From contig NMRA01000375.1 in the NCBI GenBank assembly GCA_002633005.1, forward strand, positions 136,241-200,240: a DNA stretch of 64,000 nucleotides, in the 5' to 3' direction. The DNA comes from Phoronis australis. Taxonomy: Eukaryota; Animalia; Phoronida. Positions 25,268 to 37,200 of this stretch are shown here, piece by piece (the stretch's first letter is position 1; each line of letters opens with the position of its first letter). The notes under the pieces were generated by a model. It saw nothing but the letters and a program-made list of their open reading frames with translations, did no database searches and was not told the origin of the DNA. The translations under genes and the position numbers were made by a program.

Positions 25268-28200
25268 ATGGGATTTTTTTACCAACTGAAACTTCTGTTG
25301 TGGAAGAACTATGTGCTACGAAAACGACAACCGGTAAGTTTTTTTTACATTTTGAAAATAAATCCAGTTAAACCAAATTGTTGTGAAGGCCCAAAGAGTG
25401 TGAAGTAATCGCTTCCTCCAGGCAATTCTTTTTATTAGTTTATGATGTTATATCAGGGTATCATAAAGGAGATTATAGACATGACCATTGATGATCTGTT
25501 TAGTGCTTGACCACTGAAGGCACTCTCCCATTAGAGGTGAAACTTCACTTTTACCAAAGTTTCGGTTAGTTAGAAAGGTTAAATCCCTTAATTAAACTGC
25601 AACAGAAACTTCGATTAAAATAGCAGGATTTAAAAGCAAACCTTTGGTACTTGCTGAAGCTTTGGTGTTATGGGAATGGGGTTGCGGTGGCTAATTAAGT
25701 CCAGGAGTTCTTCGGTCCCGTAGTACGGGAATCCTCAAAAAAAGTTGGGTGTTGTGGTGTTGGTGGGAAAGTGTTCCCATTGGTCAACTTCTTCCATCAT
25801 ACATAATATTATGTACCGTGTATATAATCTTGCAAAAAAGTAAGATTGCACAAGATCAGGTGAAATCACACGAGTGTTGGTTTGCGTGGGTCTTCATTAG
25901 CATAAGCAGTTGGCCATATAGCAACCATTGCAGCGATTGGTCGGTGAGGTTGTATGTTGAATTACAGGATCGAATTGATTTTTCTGTTCCGTAAGCGGAT
26001 ATTTCTCGTCATTAAACATGTCTGATGTAGCAGGGTTACAGATTGTAGCTCTGTTCACATGCAGTTTCCACTGTTTGCGTTCACATGCTGTGTAATTTTC
26101 CAGTTCTGGTTGATAGTAGAACTCGTGTGGCCTTTACTTCTCTTCATCATTTTGGCATTAGTGAAAATGAGGCCAATCAACCAAGCTATACATGAATGTG
26201 AGTATTTATTTATTTTTAGCTTGGGTAAATATTTCTTTGGTATATCTTAATAGTGATGATGGGTAGAAGTATACCAATTAGATAGATATATAAAACTTTA
26301 TTGCGGACATACGGAAAATACACATAATGCATTACAGCAAGAACACTTGTCCATACGATTTAAAAACTGATGTACATGTTTAATATGTAGAGTCAATTTG
26401 CAACACTGAACATCAAAAAGATTGTACAGCCTGCTGGTAAAGACACAAGTAAACATTCTTCAACTTGGGACGAAAATAATCACAAAAATTGACTTTCTTT
26501 TTTGAAGAGCTTACTATATTTTATCGAATGCTTGCAATGTTACCAAATGTTGTTTTTCTGTGATAACTGTTATTCATAAAGCAGGCTGGGAATGAAGTAA
26601 AACTTATGTGCCATTTTTGCCAGGAAGGCATAAAATTTTGTCTGTTAATGAATTCTAGACAATTACAAGCACTTTCTTTCTACTGCAGAAATATCTTTAA
26701 AAATGATTGATTGCGAGTATGTGCAGCATGATGTTAGCATCTTCCAATTCTTGAGTTTTTACCCACAATGCTTAGTATCAATAGAGCACTCCTACTATTC
26801 GCTATTCTACATTTAAATTGGTTTGCCATTCATAATTTTAGTGCCTTTAATGAGTTGCAGTGCTGGCATAAAATTGGAAATCCAGGTGAGGCAAGAAATA
26901 TCGTTCTTCACTTGCCGCACTCGAATCAGCAACTTGTTGGTGACCCTAAATCAATCACACAATGCATCTTTTTAACTCTCTAAAACAGGAGAGTTGCATT
27001 TGGGAATTGGGACTCCTCATACTGTTGCTGACATCATAAGTTTGTTGCTAGGTCACTACGATGGTAAGGCGATGCCCTCTGCTGGTGCCATACCATTTCT
27101 TCAAGGAATTATATGCTCTTCAAACAACACATGTTATCGAAGGGACCGTGAAGATGAACTGGCTGGTCAGGTGACCAATTTCAACCAATCACAGTAAGTA
27201 AATTTATAACTGCAACATATTCTTCTTGTTCTAATTGTTTGGACATATTTTCATTAATTTTTTTTCGAATCCGAATGTTTTAAATCCATTCAGCTATGGG
27301 AAGCAAAGCAATAATTAATTCATGTTTGAGGATTGTATCTGGTGGGATTTTTCTCAGCAGTTTAGGACACAATACGGATGACACGTGCTATTCATTTTCT
27401 CATTTTTTTCTCAGGGAAGAGGAGGGAGATGGGGATAGGGCAAAGTAGGGGTGAGGGGAAGGGGCGGAAAGAAGAGAGGTGTAGCAGAATCAGCATGCTG
27501 TCAGTTTTGTGATCATTTTTACAGAATCAACATGCTGCTTGGTGACATTGAGACCTTACTCGCTAACAACTCAGACGTGAATGAGTTGCTGAAGATTGTC
27601 GAGGATTTTGAAACCTTGAACAAAATTCTGGACAAAGCACGCAATGGGTCTCTTCAAGGTAAATCTTCAATAACATGCACTGCCAGTCACATGTCAGTTG
27701 ATATGAAGAGTCTAGACGGTGGTTCAATTGTCTAATGACTTACTAAGGTTTCTTTTAAAGCTGATGCTTTTGGTCCCCTTTGTGGTTACTAGTAATGTTC
27801 ATGTTAGTTTGTTGATTAGGATTTTCGGGGTATTTTGAAAATGCCTGAGTAGAAGGCTATGCATGTATTCTGACGTTTTTTGTGCCCTGTGTATTGGAGC
27901 TGCACTTTCTTGGCGGTTTATTGTGAGCTATTTCCTCAACATACGAAATTTTATGTTTGCTGTTAATTCATAGTACTTTGAGAATTTTGTGACAGAAGCT
28001 GTTCATGATGAGAAAGATCGTATGACTATTGTTAACAAATTTTGAGGCCAGCTCAATGAAAGGAAACAGTTTTATGCCTTAGAATGTTTGAACTGCATGT
28101 TGGCATATTCATAAAATACCCTCTGTGTTTAAAATATTTTGTTTTTGGTACAGCTTTGTTCAGTTATAGCATGGAAATCTCATTTCCTGAAAAAATGCTC

Positions 28201-31200
28201 CAAAACTCTGTTTTGCGTCATTCTAATATCCACCTGTAAACACGGTAAAATCCATAAACAAACACTAGGTATCTTTACATGCACATAATAATGACAATTG
28301 GTTTTGTAAGCCACAAGGTGTTTCATTTTTAACTTCCCTGTCTGTAGCCAGTGCGATGAAAGCACTAAGGTCACCACTCACTAACAGGAAATATAAGTCA
28401 TGTGACCACTCCTGCATGTGTGTGTGTGTGTGTGTTTGTGTGTAGCTTAGCACTGTGTATGTCATGCTCATCAGATTGTGGTTGATAAGTCTGATTTGGA
28501 GGTTTAGCTCATTGGAATTGATATTGATCATGTTCACTTCTTGGAAATGATAGAGGTTATGTTCAGTGAAGTGCCCATAGGAGTATTTACTAGGTCAATT
28601 TATTTTTAGTGCTTATGCATTGTCATTTTATTACTGATAACCACTCCTCAAATTTTCAGTGCAAATTCTCGAGTGCTTGTCTGGGCTACCTGCTGAGATG
28701 TTTTAGTTGGCTCTTTCGACAACAGGGGGGCTGTAAACTTCTGATAACATTTACTCGTTATTATTTACATGAGGTCTTGTGTAATTGTAAAAGTTGTAAC
28801 CCTTGAAAAAAGCCCTGCTTTTGTATCATATATCAGAATGTCTTCTGACACAAGTGAAAATTTTTAGATACTCTACTTTATTCCCTGTTTTGAGCAAATG
28901 ACACGAAATTCTCCGTTATGGCGGCTAGGCAGAAGCCAAACTCATCGTCTTCGTCGTTTTCCCGCATGACCCAGATTGAAGGGGAATTAACGGTGGAAGT
29001 TGGTCAGGTGGCTCAGCCATTCTGTAATTTAAATCCTTCCCCATAATTAGCAGTCTTCTTTGCTCTTTACAGAATTTGCTGTCATTATCGAGAAAATGGT
29101 ATTTTGTCTGATTACTCTTGCCTTGTAGTGTATTTGTCACTTTTTCTGAACACAAATCAATACAATTAATTGCATTTTAAATCCGTGTGCCTCATCTCTG
29201 AATCACAGTTGATACCCGATTATTGAAGTTTGTTACAACCAAGATTCATATATCTAGTAGAATCCTCAAACTTCCAAATACTGGGTAAATAAAGACAATC
29301 AATGTAACTTCATGCTTCTGCAACATGTTTTTGAAGATTTTTTTTTGAGTTTATGAAACCTAAAAATAATGTGCCATAAAATGGGTTACAATTTTACATA
29401 GCCTGTATTTACGCTCAGTGGTATTTCCTCTGACACTATTACAATTTGGCCACCTTTTGTGCTTTCTTTGTTGGGACTGTCCAGTTCTTTAAAGGTTCGT
29501 CTTGCATCCTGCCACACAATCAAAATGTCTCGCTTTCGAACACCCGTGGCAAAATTGATCTATTACTTTCCCGAACGATTAACCTGTATTTTCTCGTTTA
29601 TCTAAAGAAACAAGAAACGCCAGTGGGGCATTTTTGGTTGTTGCACTGGAATATGACATTTTTTGTCAGCACGGATCCAGATGTCTTCTTCTTCAAGCTA
29701 GATGTCCAACTTTTCGTTTTCGATTTGGAATACTAGTAGCTTTGGAGACTTTGGTAGCTCTTTGGAGCTATGCTTTTCACGATCTTGCATCAAAAACAAT
29801 ACATTCTTCATTACAATGTCATTTATATTCTACTTTTGTTCGTTGAGTTGCCAAGCTGACACCAGGACTAATTATCCATAGTAACGTTTTTTCTTGTCCC
29901 TCCCAGCTCTGAAGTGTCTCTGAAGGCCTGACATTCAGTCAACTGTTTTCTACCTCCGCAATGAGGAGAGTTTAGTCCGGAACTGCGCTGTTGTGGTTGT
30001 GATAATGATGATCTGATGTAGTGTAAACGAGGAATTCTAAGTGATTGTTCTTGTTGCATGACTCCATGACAGGTGGCCAGCTGTCAGTGGACAGTTTGTT
30101 TACGAATCCAGCGAAAGTCCGTGCTGAGTTGATGTCTTCGAACGCGTCTTTGACTGAGGAAGAAGTGAATGTGTTGTTTAATTCTACACTTAACATACCT
30201 CAGGTAAGTGGTGATGAATGTTTTTTATGAAACCCCAATTTCCTTATAAGTGACATGCATACTTAGGCCAGAAATTAAGAAGGTTTAAAGTTGCAGTAAT
30301 TGTTTGTTCTTTTTCCACAAATTATAAGTGTTTTACAAGTAAACAATCTTGTGTAGTTCCACATTTTAAATGTAGAGGTCACTTGTTAAGGGAAAAAGAG
30401 AAATTTAATTCTGCTATTTCACACAAAAATAATTGCCAAAATTGTTATTTTTCTATTTTTTCGCTAATTTAAACTCTACTAAAAATTGTTTTATGACATC
30501 TACACACTAAAAACTAAGCTAACAACAGAGACTAAAATTGTCGCAATTTGTTCTGAAATTCAACATTATGTTTCACTAGTCTGCCATATTGTGTGCTAAA
30601 CAAATGAAGAGTTACTGAGTGTGAATATAAGGTTGTTAAATGTTAAGTTATAACCAGTGTATTGTGTGATTCATCAGTCGCAATAATATTGATGATCTAT
30701 AGCAAGTTTATCCATTCACCTTTTATTTTGCCTTTTTGTTTGTCCAGCTGATGCCCTTCACTGCCCACTATACACATGTCATAGGAACGTTTTATTGTGT
30801 TACAGCTGTTAAAGGACAGTAATATTCCACTGAGTCCAGAAGACTTCGTGTCGCGTAACCCACTGAACCCAACCAATGCGCTTACCCAACTCAGTGAACT
30901 TCTCACCCTGGTGGGTGGACTGACCTTCCTCCCTACCAGCGAGACTGTTCTGCGTGGCATACTTTGCAATGAAACACTCTTGCAGCGTTACGTGACTTAC
31001 TCTGACAGCCAAGTGGGACTCAATGCCACTCGTCGACTGTGTTCACTCAACTCACTCACCTGGGTTGATGTAGTACGGCAACAGTTTGACCAGGCCAAGC
31101 TACAAGCACAGGTAACTATCGCTATTTGGCCTTATCGCATTCATCAGTGTCGACGCCCACATTATGCATAATTTTTTACTTTCAGACATCTATATTCTAT

Positions 31201-34200
31201 TACACCGCACTCAAAGCCAACCACCAAACCAAATTTTGGGTAACACATCAATATGTTCAGTTATTCCAGTTTGAATACCTAGTGTGTTCTGGATGTATCT
31301 AACGAAACGGCTAACCTAGAACATCTGTGTGCTCCTTTTAAACCGCCAGGCTCCCAGATGAATACTGTAGGTTATAATGATGCTCCAAAGTAACACAATC
31401 TGATTTTAATTCCAGAAGTTTAAAATTACGACATTACTCTTGTTGGTAATTAAATTATTGGTTAGTATGCAATAATCAGTTTCCTTGATTGACAGTTTTA
31501 TGTCTGCACCAGCAAAAGTGAAACGAGTGTGACTAATAGTGTTGGATGACAGACGGCACTGATTCTGTCGTCAACTGCATTCATGTGGAACTATTTCATT
31601 ACAACAGTCCTTCAAGATAACTACTGTTTGGAATATTCCCAATGTAAAATATTCCTTCCATGTATTGTCTAGGTGCTGCAGTGGGTAGAGTTAAATGCTG
31701 GGAAAGCCATTCAGCTTAGTGAAGAGACAAGCGTGGCTGCCAGAAACTTATTTAGTGACGTAAGTAACATGCAGTTCGCTGTAAGTGCGGGCATTAAATG
31801 CACAGTAGGCTTCTTCCTGTAGTGACTAAAGATAAGCCTGCTTCTAAAACTACGCTATCTACTGTAGAAAGCCTTTCATTATGAATTTGAATGGGAATCC
31901 AGAGGTTAGGCTTAAGGAGGGATATAATTTGTTTGTGGATTATTGTTGGGTAGGTGTAGACTTCTTGAAGTTGTTAGCTTTGACCAGAGCAATTGTCAAC
32001 CAAATCGCCAATTCTCTCCTGACCATTGTCTGGCAGACATTTGCGGAAATCATAGCCTTTGACTTTACCTGGTCAATAAACTCTCTTAAAACACTGTCAT
32101 TTATTGAGTGGGATTTAACTCTGCCAGCAGATTTAGACTGCAACTGCAGGGGTTGCAGGTTCCATTCCGTTCTGAAACTGATCTCGAAAAATTATTTCTC
32201 TCACTAGTAATCACATGTAATTTTAGATAAAGGACCACTTCTGCCAATACTATGGCGCCCTTTCTAATTATGCTGTGTTTATCCACATTGCTGTGCATCT
32301 GGGAGGGGGGCACTTGGCCTGCTGTTGAATGGTGTTGGGCTTGTCACTACTACTTTAAATATTAAAATTAGTTTGTCATTTGCCCTTCTGGAATCAATAA
32401 AGTTTCACTAGAGTGGAGTAATAAAAAACTCGAAAGTTGAATGAGGTGTTGTAAAACGTTTGTCACTTGGTTGTCTTAGCTCAGAAAGTGTATTAGTGCC
32501 CCAACATTTCAAAAATTTGGTCAGTCACACAAGGTCTTTTCTACCTCTGCAAATAAAGAGCATCAGTTTCAGGATATGGGAATTACACGTGGGCAACTCT
32601 AAATTCATATTCATTGGTTAATTCACTTGAAGAGTACATGATCCACATACACAGATCTGTGTTATTAACGTGTGAATCCTAATCAGTGTTAAACGTTACA
32701 TGAGAAGGAAATCTGGAAAGTGGGGTGGACTTAACTTTCTGTATCCGTCATACGTCATACTCTGTTATTTTATGAATTGGTTTTGGTTAGATAAACAACA
32801 CATGCCATTCCTGCCACATTTGGGGAAATATTCACCAACTTGAATTGTGAGCTCACGCTGAAGTCATCACTATAAGAACAATACTACTATTGTGGGTGTT
32901 TTGTTTTTCGTTTAAAGACCACTATCATCTAAGTTTTTAATATCTTACTGCTCTATGTGACTATTGTGTTGTTTAATGGCAACCCTCACAGGCAGGTGAC
33001 ATCTTATCAATATTGCAGTTTGAAAGCCATGGTGCATTTGGCTGGAGTGTTCATGAAAGTCATGCATCAACATTCTTGGATAAACCACTAACCACCTCAC
33101 TATCGACACTGATAGTGTGGTAGGCCATTGGTCAGGGTTCATTGTCACTGAAAAACTTCTTTGTATGATTTCTAGTTGGCCGCATTAAGCAGCATGTCAA
33201 CTGTATCAAACAACATCCTGAAAGACTTGAGAGGACCGGCAGCGGACTTGGACTCTGGCAACACTTTCGGTTCGGTTGCCAAGTTGTTCTGCGGACGCTC
33301 CGATGGCTTCTTCGGAAAAGTGGGCCAACAACAGATGGCGTATAGAAGAGTGACAAATGGGACCAAAGGGAACAATGGGACGGTTGTTGACATAGGTATG
33401 TACTCACGAGTAAACGTTCCTTGTAATAGGTTGAGTGTCAGCATGAGGGACAATTCACATGTTGGACACCTACTGTTCCTGTGAGCTCATCTTAGACTGT
33501 GACAATACCTGGGTTGTAGTTTTCAGACAAATAAAGACAAATTTCTTAGATCACAATTTTACTTACAAAGCGTATTTTTTTTTAATATTTGACTTAGAGT
33601 TGATGTCGTTTATTAAGGTTCTAGAAGATCTTAATTTTTTCTAAATTTTCTTAAATTTCTAATTGAGTTTAACTGTTAAAATGATGATGTAGTTTTTAAC
33701 GTTTCTGTGTATGAACCTGGACCCTGTTGGAAAACCATGCTGGAATCACAGAAGAGGTTTTCAATCCTGATGATATAGTCACTTGCAGTGGTGTTGCGTT
33801 ATGAGAACCAGTTTGATGCCTGTTATTCAGTGGAGAAAAGCTGGTTCACAAAATGTAAGACAATCATCAGTAGATCTTTTGTGGCTGTGCTCCATGCATA
33901 TTACATTGAATACTATGTTCCAGGCTGTAAAAACTCCACGTTGGGGACGGAATACATGGGTCAGCAAAGCATGACTGCCATCGGTACACCCTGTCAACCG
34001 TGGACCTCACAGTCACCACACACACACAGCTTCACGGGCAACAGCTTACCTGATGGCTCACTGAAGGCTGCTGAAAACTACTGCCGTAACCCTGACAATG
34101 AAGACAGTGGCCCTTGGTGTTTCACTATGGACCCCGACATCAGATTCGACTTTTGTCACGTGCCACGGTGTTCTGCTAGTAAGTCCTGTGCTGTTAGGCG

Positions 34201-37200
34201 TTAGTTAACCATTGCGTTATATCCCACAGTGACCAGTGTATTTCATTGTGTATTGTGAGTGAGTGCTATAGGTGTGAGGTGGGTGAGTGTAGCTCGTTTC
34301 TAATGGGCAACTGTTTGCCTATGGCTGTGTGAGATTCCATGGGCTAAGTGCGGGGAAATATACTTTTTAGTTCGTGGACTCCATATTTCACTCAGACAGC
34401 AAACAAAAGGATAACTGCTGTAAGTTACAGTTGACTTGTGTAATAAACTTGGTTTTAAAAATTGTCCTTATCTTGAAGGAGAATATTTAAAAAAATTTGC
34501 CATAATTATTCTGCGATGCCTGTCACAGTACTGTTTTTATTACAAAAAATATTATGTACAATATTAATTGCAAAGCGTTATAAGAGGATGTTGATGAAAT
34601 ACCTTGGTTTTCATCATTGCTTTACATAGTAAATCCACTGTTGCACCATACAGATTGTTGTGTAAGCCTTACCTGTCAAATATCTTTCTGGCAGATCTTG
34701 ATCAAGTTTGGTTGCCACGTTCTGTTCCCCATGTCTGGTCAATAAGTTCTCTACTCTTTCTATTAACTTTTTGACACGGTATCAGTTGAATATGTCTCAG
34801 TTAGGAAATGTCACTTTGTTAATTAATTGTAGACCACTCCAATGAGGAGACCAAGGGAGGTAACTCCGATGGTGCGTACTGTTACTTTCCGTTTTACTTC
34901 AACGGGACCATGCATGACAAGTGCATATACAGTCGTAGAGGAGCTTGGTGTGCCACCACCGCCAATTTTACCAGGGACCGCAAGTGGGGAAGATGCAGTG
35001 AGTAGATCACACTTTACAGCTTGTTTCACTTCTGTGCAACAACTTTTTAATAATGTCCCGACTCAGTGACTGGGTTTCATGCTTCACGTTGCTTAAATTT
35101 TTAAATCCATGAGCAGATTGCTTGTAGTAATGGGTTCACAGAATCATTCATAGGAATACTCCGTTCATATGAAGTGGCCCCAAACCTGTGTTCCCTCAGA
35201 GAAAACGAACTACGCACAACTATAAAACCGGACTCAATTTGTCCATAACTGAGAGGAGAAGTGGTTTTAGGCTTTGCAAAAACTGGCAGTCAGTTATGGC
35301 TTCAAAGCATGCTGGGCACATCAAATGACCATAATGAGCCAACATGTAGAGCATTGTGCCAACAATAGTGTGCGAACTGTCAGTTCTTCTCAAGCCAAAA
35401 GTCACCTTTAATTTGGGGGGGTGGAGTTGTAACGAGCAGCTCTCTACTCACTGTGCAGTTTGTTACGTTTGTAGTCGGGACAAGAAATATTTAAATGTGT
35501 CTCGGTCAATGTCTCAACGTGCCACTCGTTTTTTGCATTGATTTTGTAGATTAGTTTCTGCGCGTTGCTTAGTAAGTGGGATATTATCACCTCGGCCAAC
35601 ATTGCCAACTGCTATGCCTGCTTGTGTTGTTCCAGAAACTACATGCGAGAAGCTATTTGAGCCACTTAGAGAGTCCAAAGAAGGCAAATTGTTCTGGAAA
35701 CAGCTGAAGCCCATGTTACAAGGCCGTATTCCTTATGCACCCCACAATCCTGTCACTGAGCGAATCATGCGGCAGGTAAGAGTTATCTAATAAGAAGTCC
35801 GTCGCGTAATAAAAATCGAAATTCTGCAGGCTTTGTGCTTTCTGAAAATATTACTTTTACTGACTCAGTTAAAATCTAGTTTTCTAGATGCTTTGCTAAA
35901 CATGCTAAGTTGTCAATAAGGTCCTTAATATGCTATATTGACTGATTATGTCTGTTTGTTCATTCATAGCTGTTTTATGTTGCAGGCCAATGTGTCCTTT
36001 GATGGCCTGGGTCGACTAAAGAACCTTGCTCAGGACTGGTTAAACTACTCCTCCACCTTTGTTCAGTACATGAACACCAGTGAAAATATTCAACTTATAC
36101 GAGTATGTAGTTAGCATTTCTGTTGCAAACTGTGATTATTTCGCTGAGTCCCAGGTGTATCAAAGATTGAGACTATTAAGTACAACTAATGGGTAAAACA
36201 TTTTGTTTCCTTTTGGATATTGAACAGTATTACACGAACACTGTCTGATTCCTCTGTCCTCTGATTGGCTGAATTGCGGTACTTCAAACTAGTGTGGCAT
36301 ATCACTTTTCATTTATGCTGCTTGTGCTTTAAATGTTGCTATTTGCGATCTAACCAATCAGATGTTGTTGAAACCATAAACCTGGACAGCGAAGTAAGCA
36401 AACGATATCAGTACTTTAAAGCTTGCAAGAATAAGCTATGAACAGATGAAACAACAAGAGGAAAAGCTCATCAGTGGCCGTGTTATGGAAACCGTTATAC
36501 CGTTTCCTCAGGAGTATTAGATCGTATTACAATCCCTCCGTCCATATGACTGGATATCACATATGGTATTGGTCCATACTTGTATATTGTTCAACTCACA
36601 AATTTATCAACAAAGCAATATTAAGAGAGTTTTACTCCGCCTAATTTGCACTTAACTGGTGTCAAAATGGGATATGGTCCTCTTTTGGTTTTTTGTTTCT
36701 AGGTAGTCATCTTTTGAATGACAATTTTGTCAATAGTTGTTGTGTCACAATTTCATCAGGATTGCATGATGAGATTACTAACTGTGGAAATTTCTTCTAA
36801 AAATCCAGGAAATTAACCATTAAACGGCAGACGTTTTCGAAAGTCGATGTTGACTGCTTCCTTCCTCAGCTTAATATTCTCAATTTTATTCATTTTTTCA
36901 TTCCTCGAGTTAGTGAGCTCCGATAAGAATAAGCTGTAATTGACTTGTGTTTAGATTGCAAAATGATGCTTTTTGCTGTGGGATACATTTTTGATGCCAT
37001 TTCAGGATTTCATTAAGAGAGCTCTCCGTGGTACTAACCAGAATGCAACTGGGTACAGACAGCTGGCTGTCTGGGACAAATGGCTGTATAATGGTCCGAA
37101 GGAAAACTCCAGCTATGATTGGAGGGACAGTGTTAGATACATGAACGAATTTTCGAACCTCATTGTTGATAATTTGAACGTAAGTTAATGACTTGGTTTT

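Noticed and set aside
33788-34204. Kringle ORF as a standalone nested gene or plasminogen/apo(a) fragment
   Set aside because: No signal peptide or protease exons nearby; the sequence before 33924 looks intronic; splice phases fit the surrounding ABCA exons on the same strand.
34842-35069. ORF-track proteins over the FN2 exon (MRRPREVTP... and the antisense ORF)
   Set aside because: Wrong frames; the frame fixed by the splice sites gives a clear FN2 domain.
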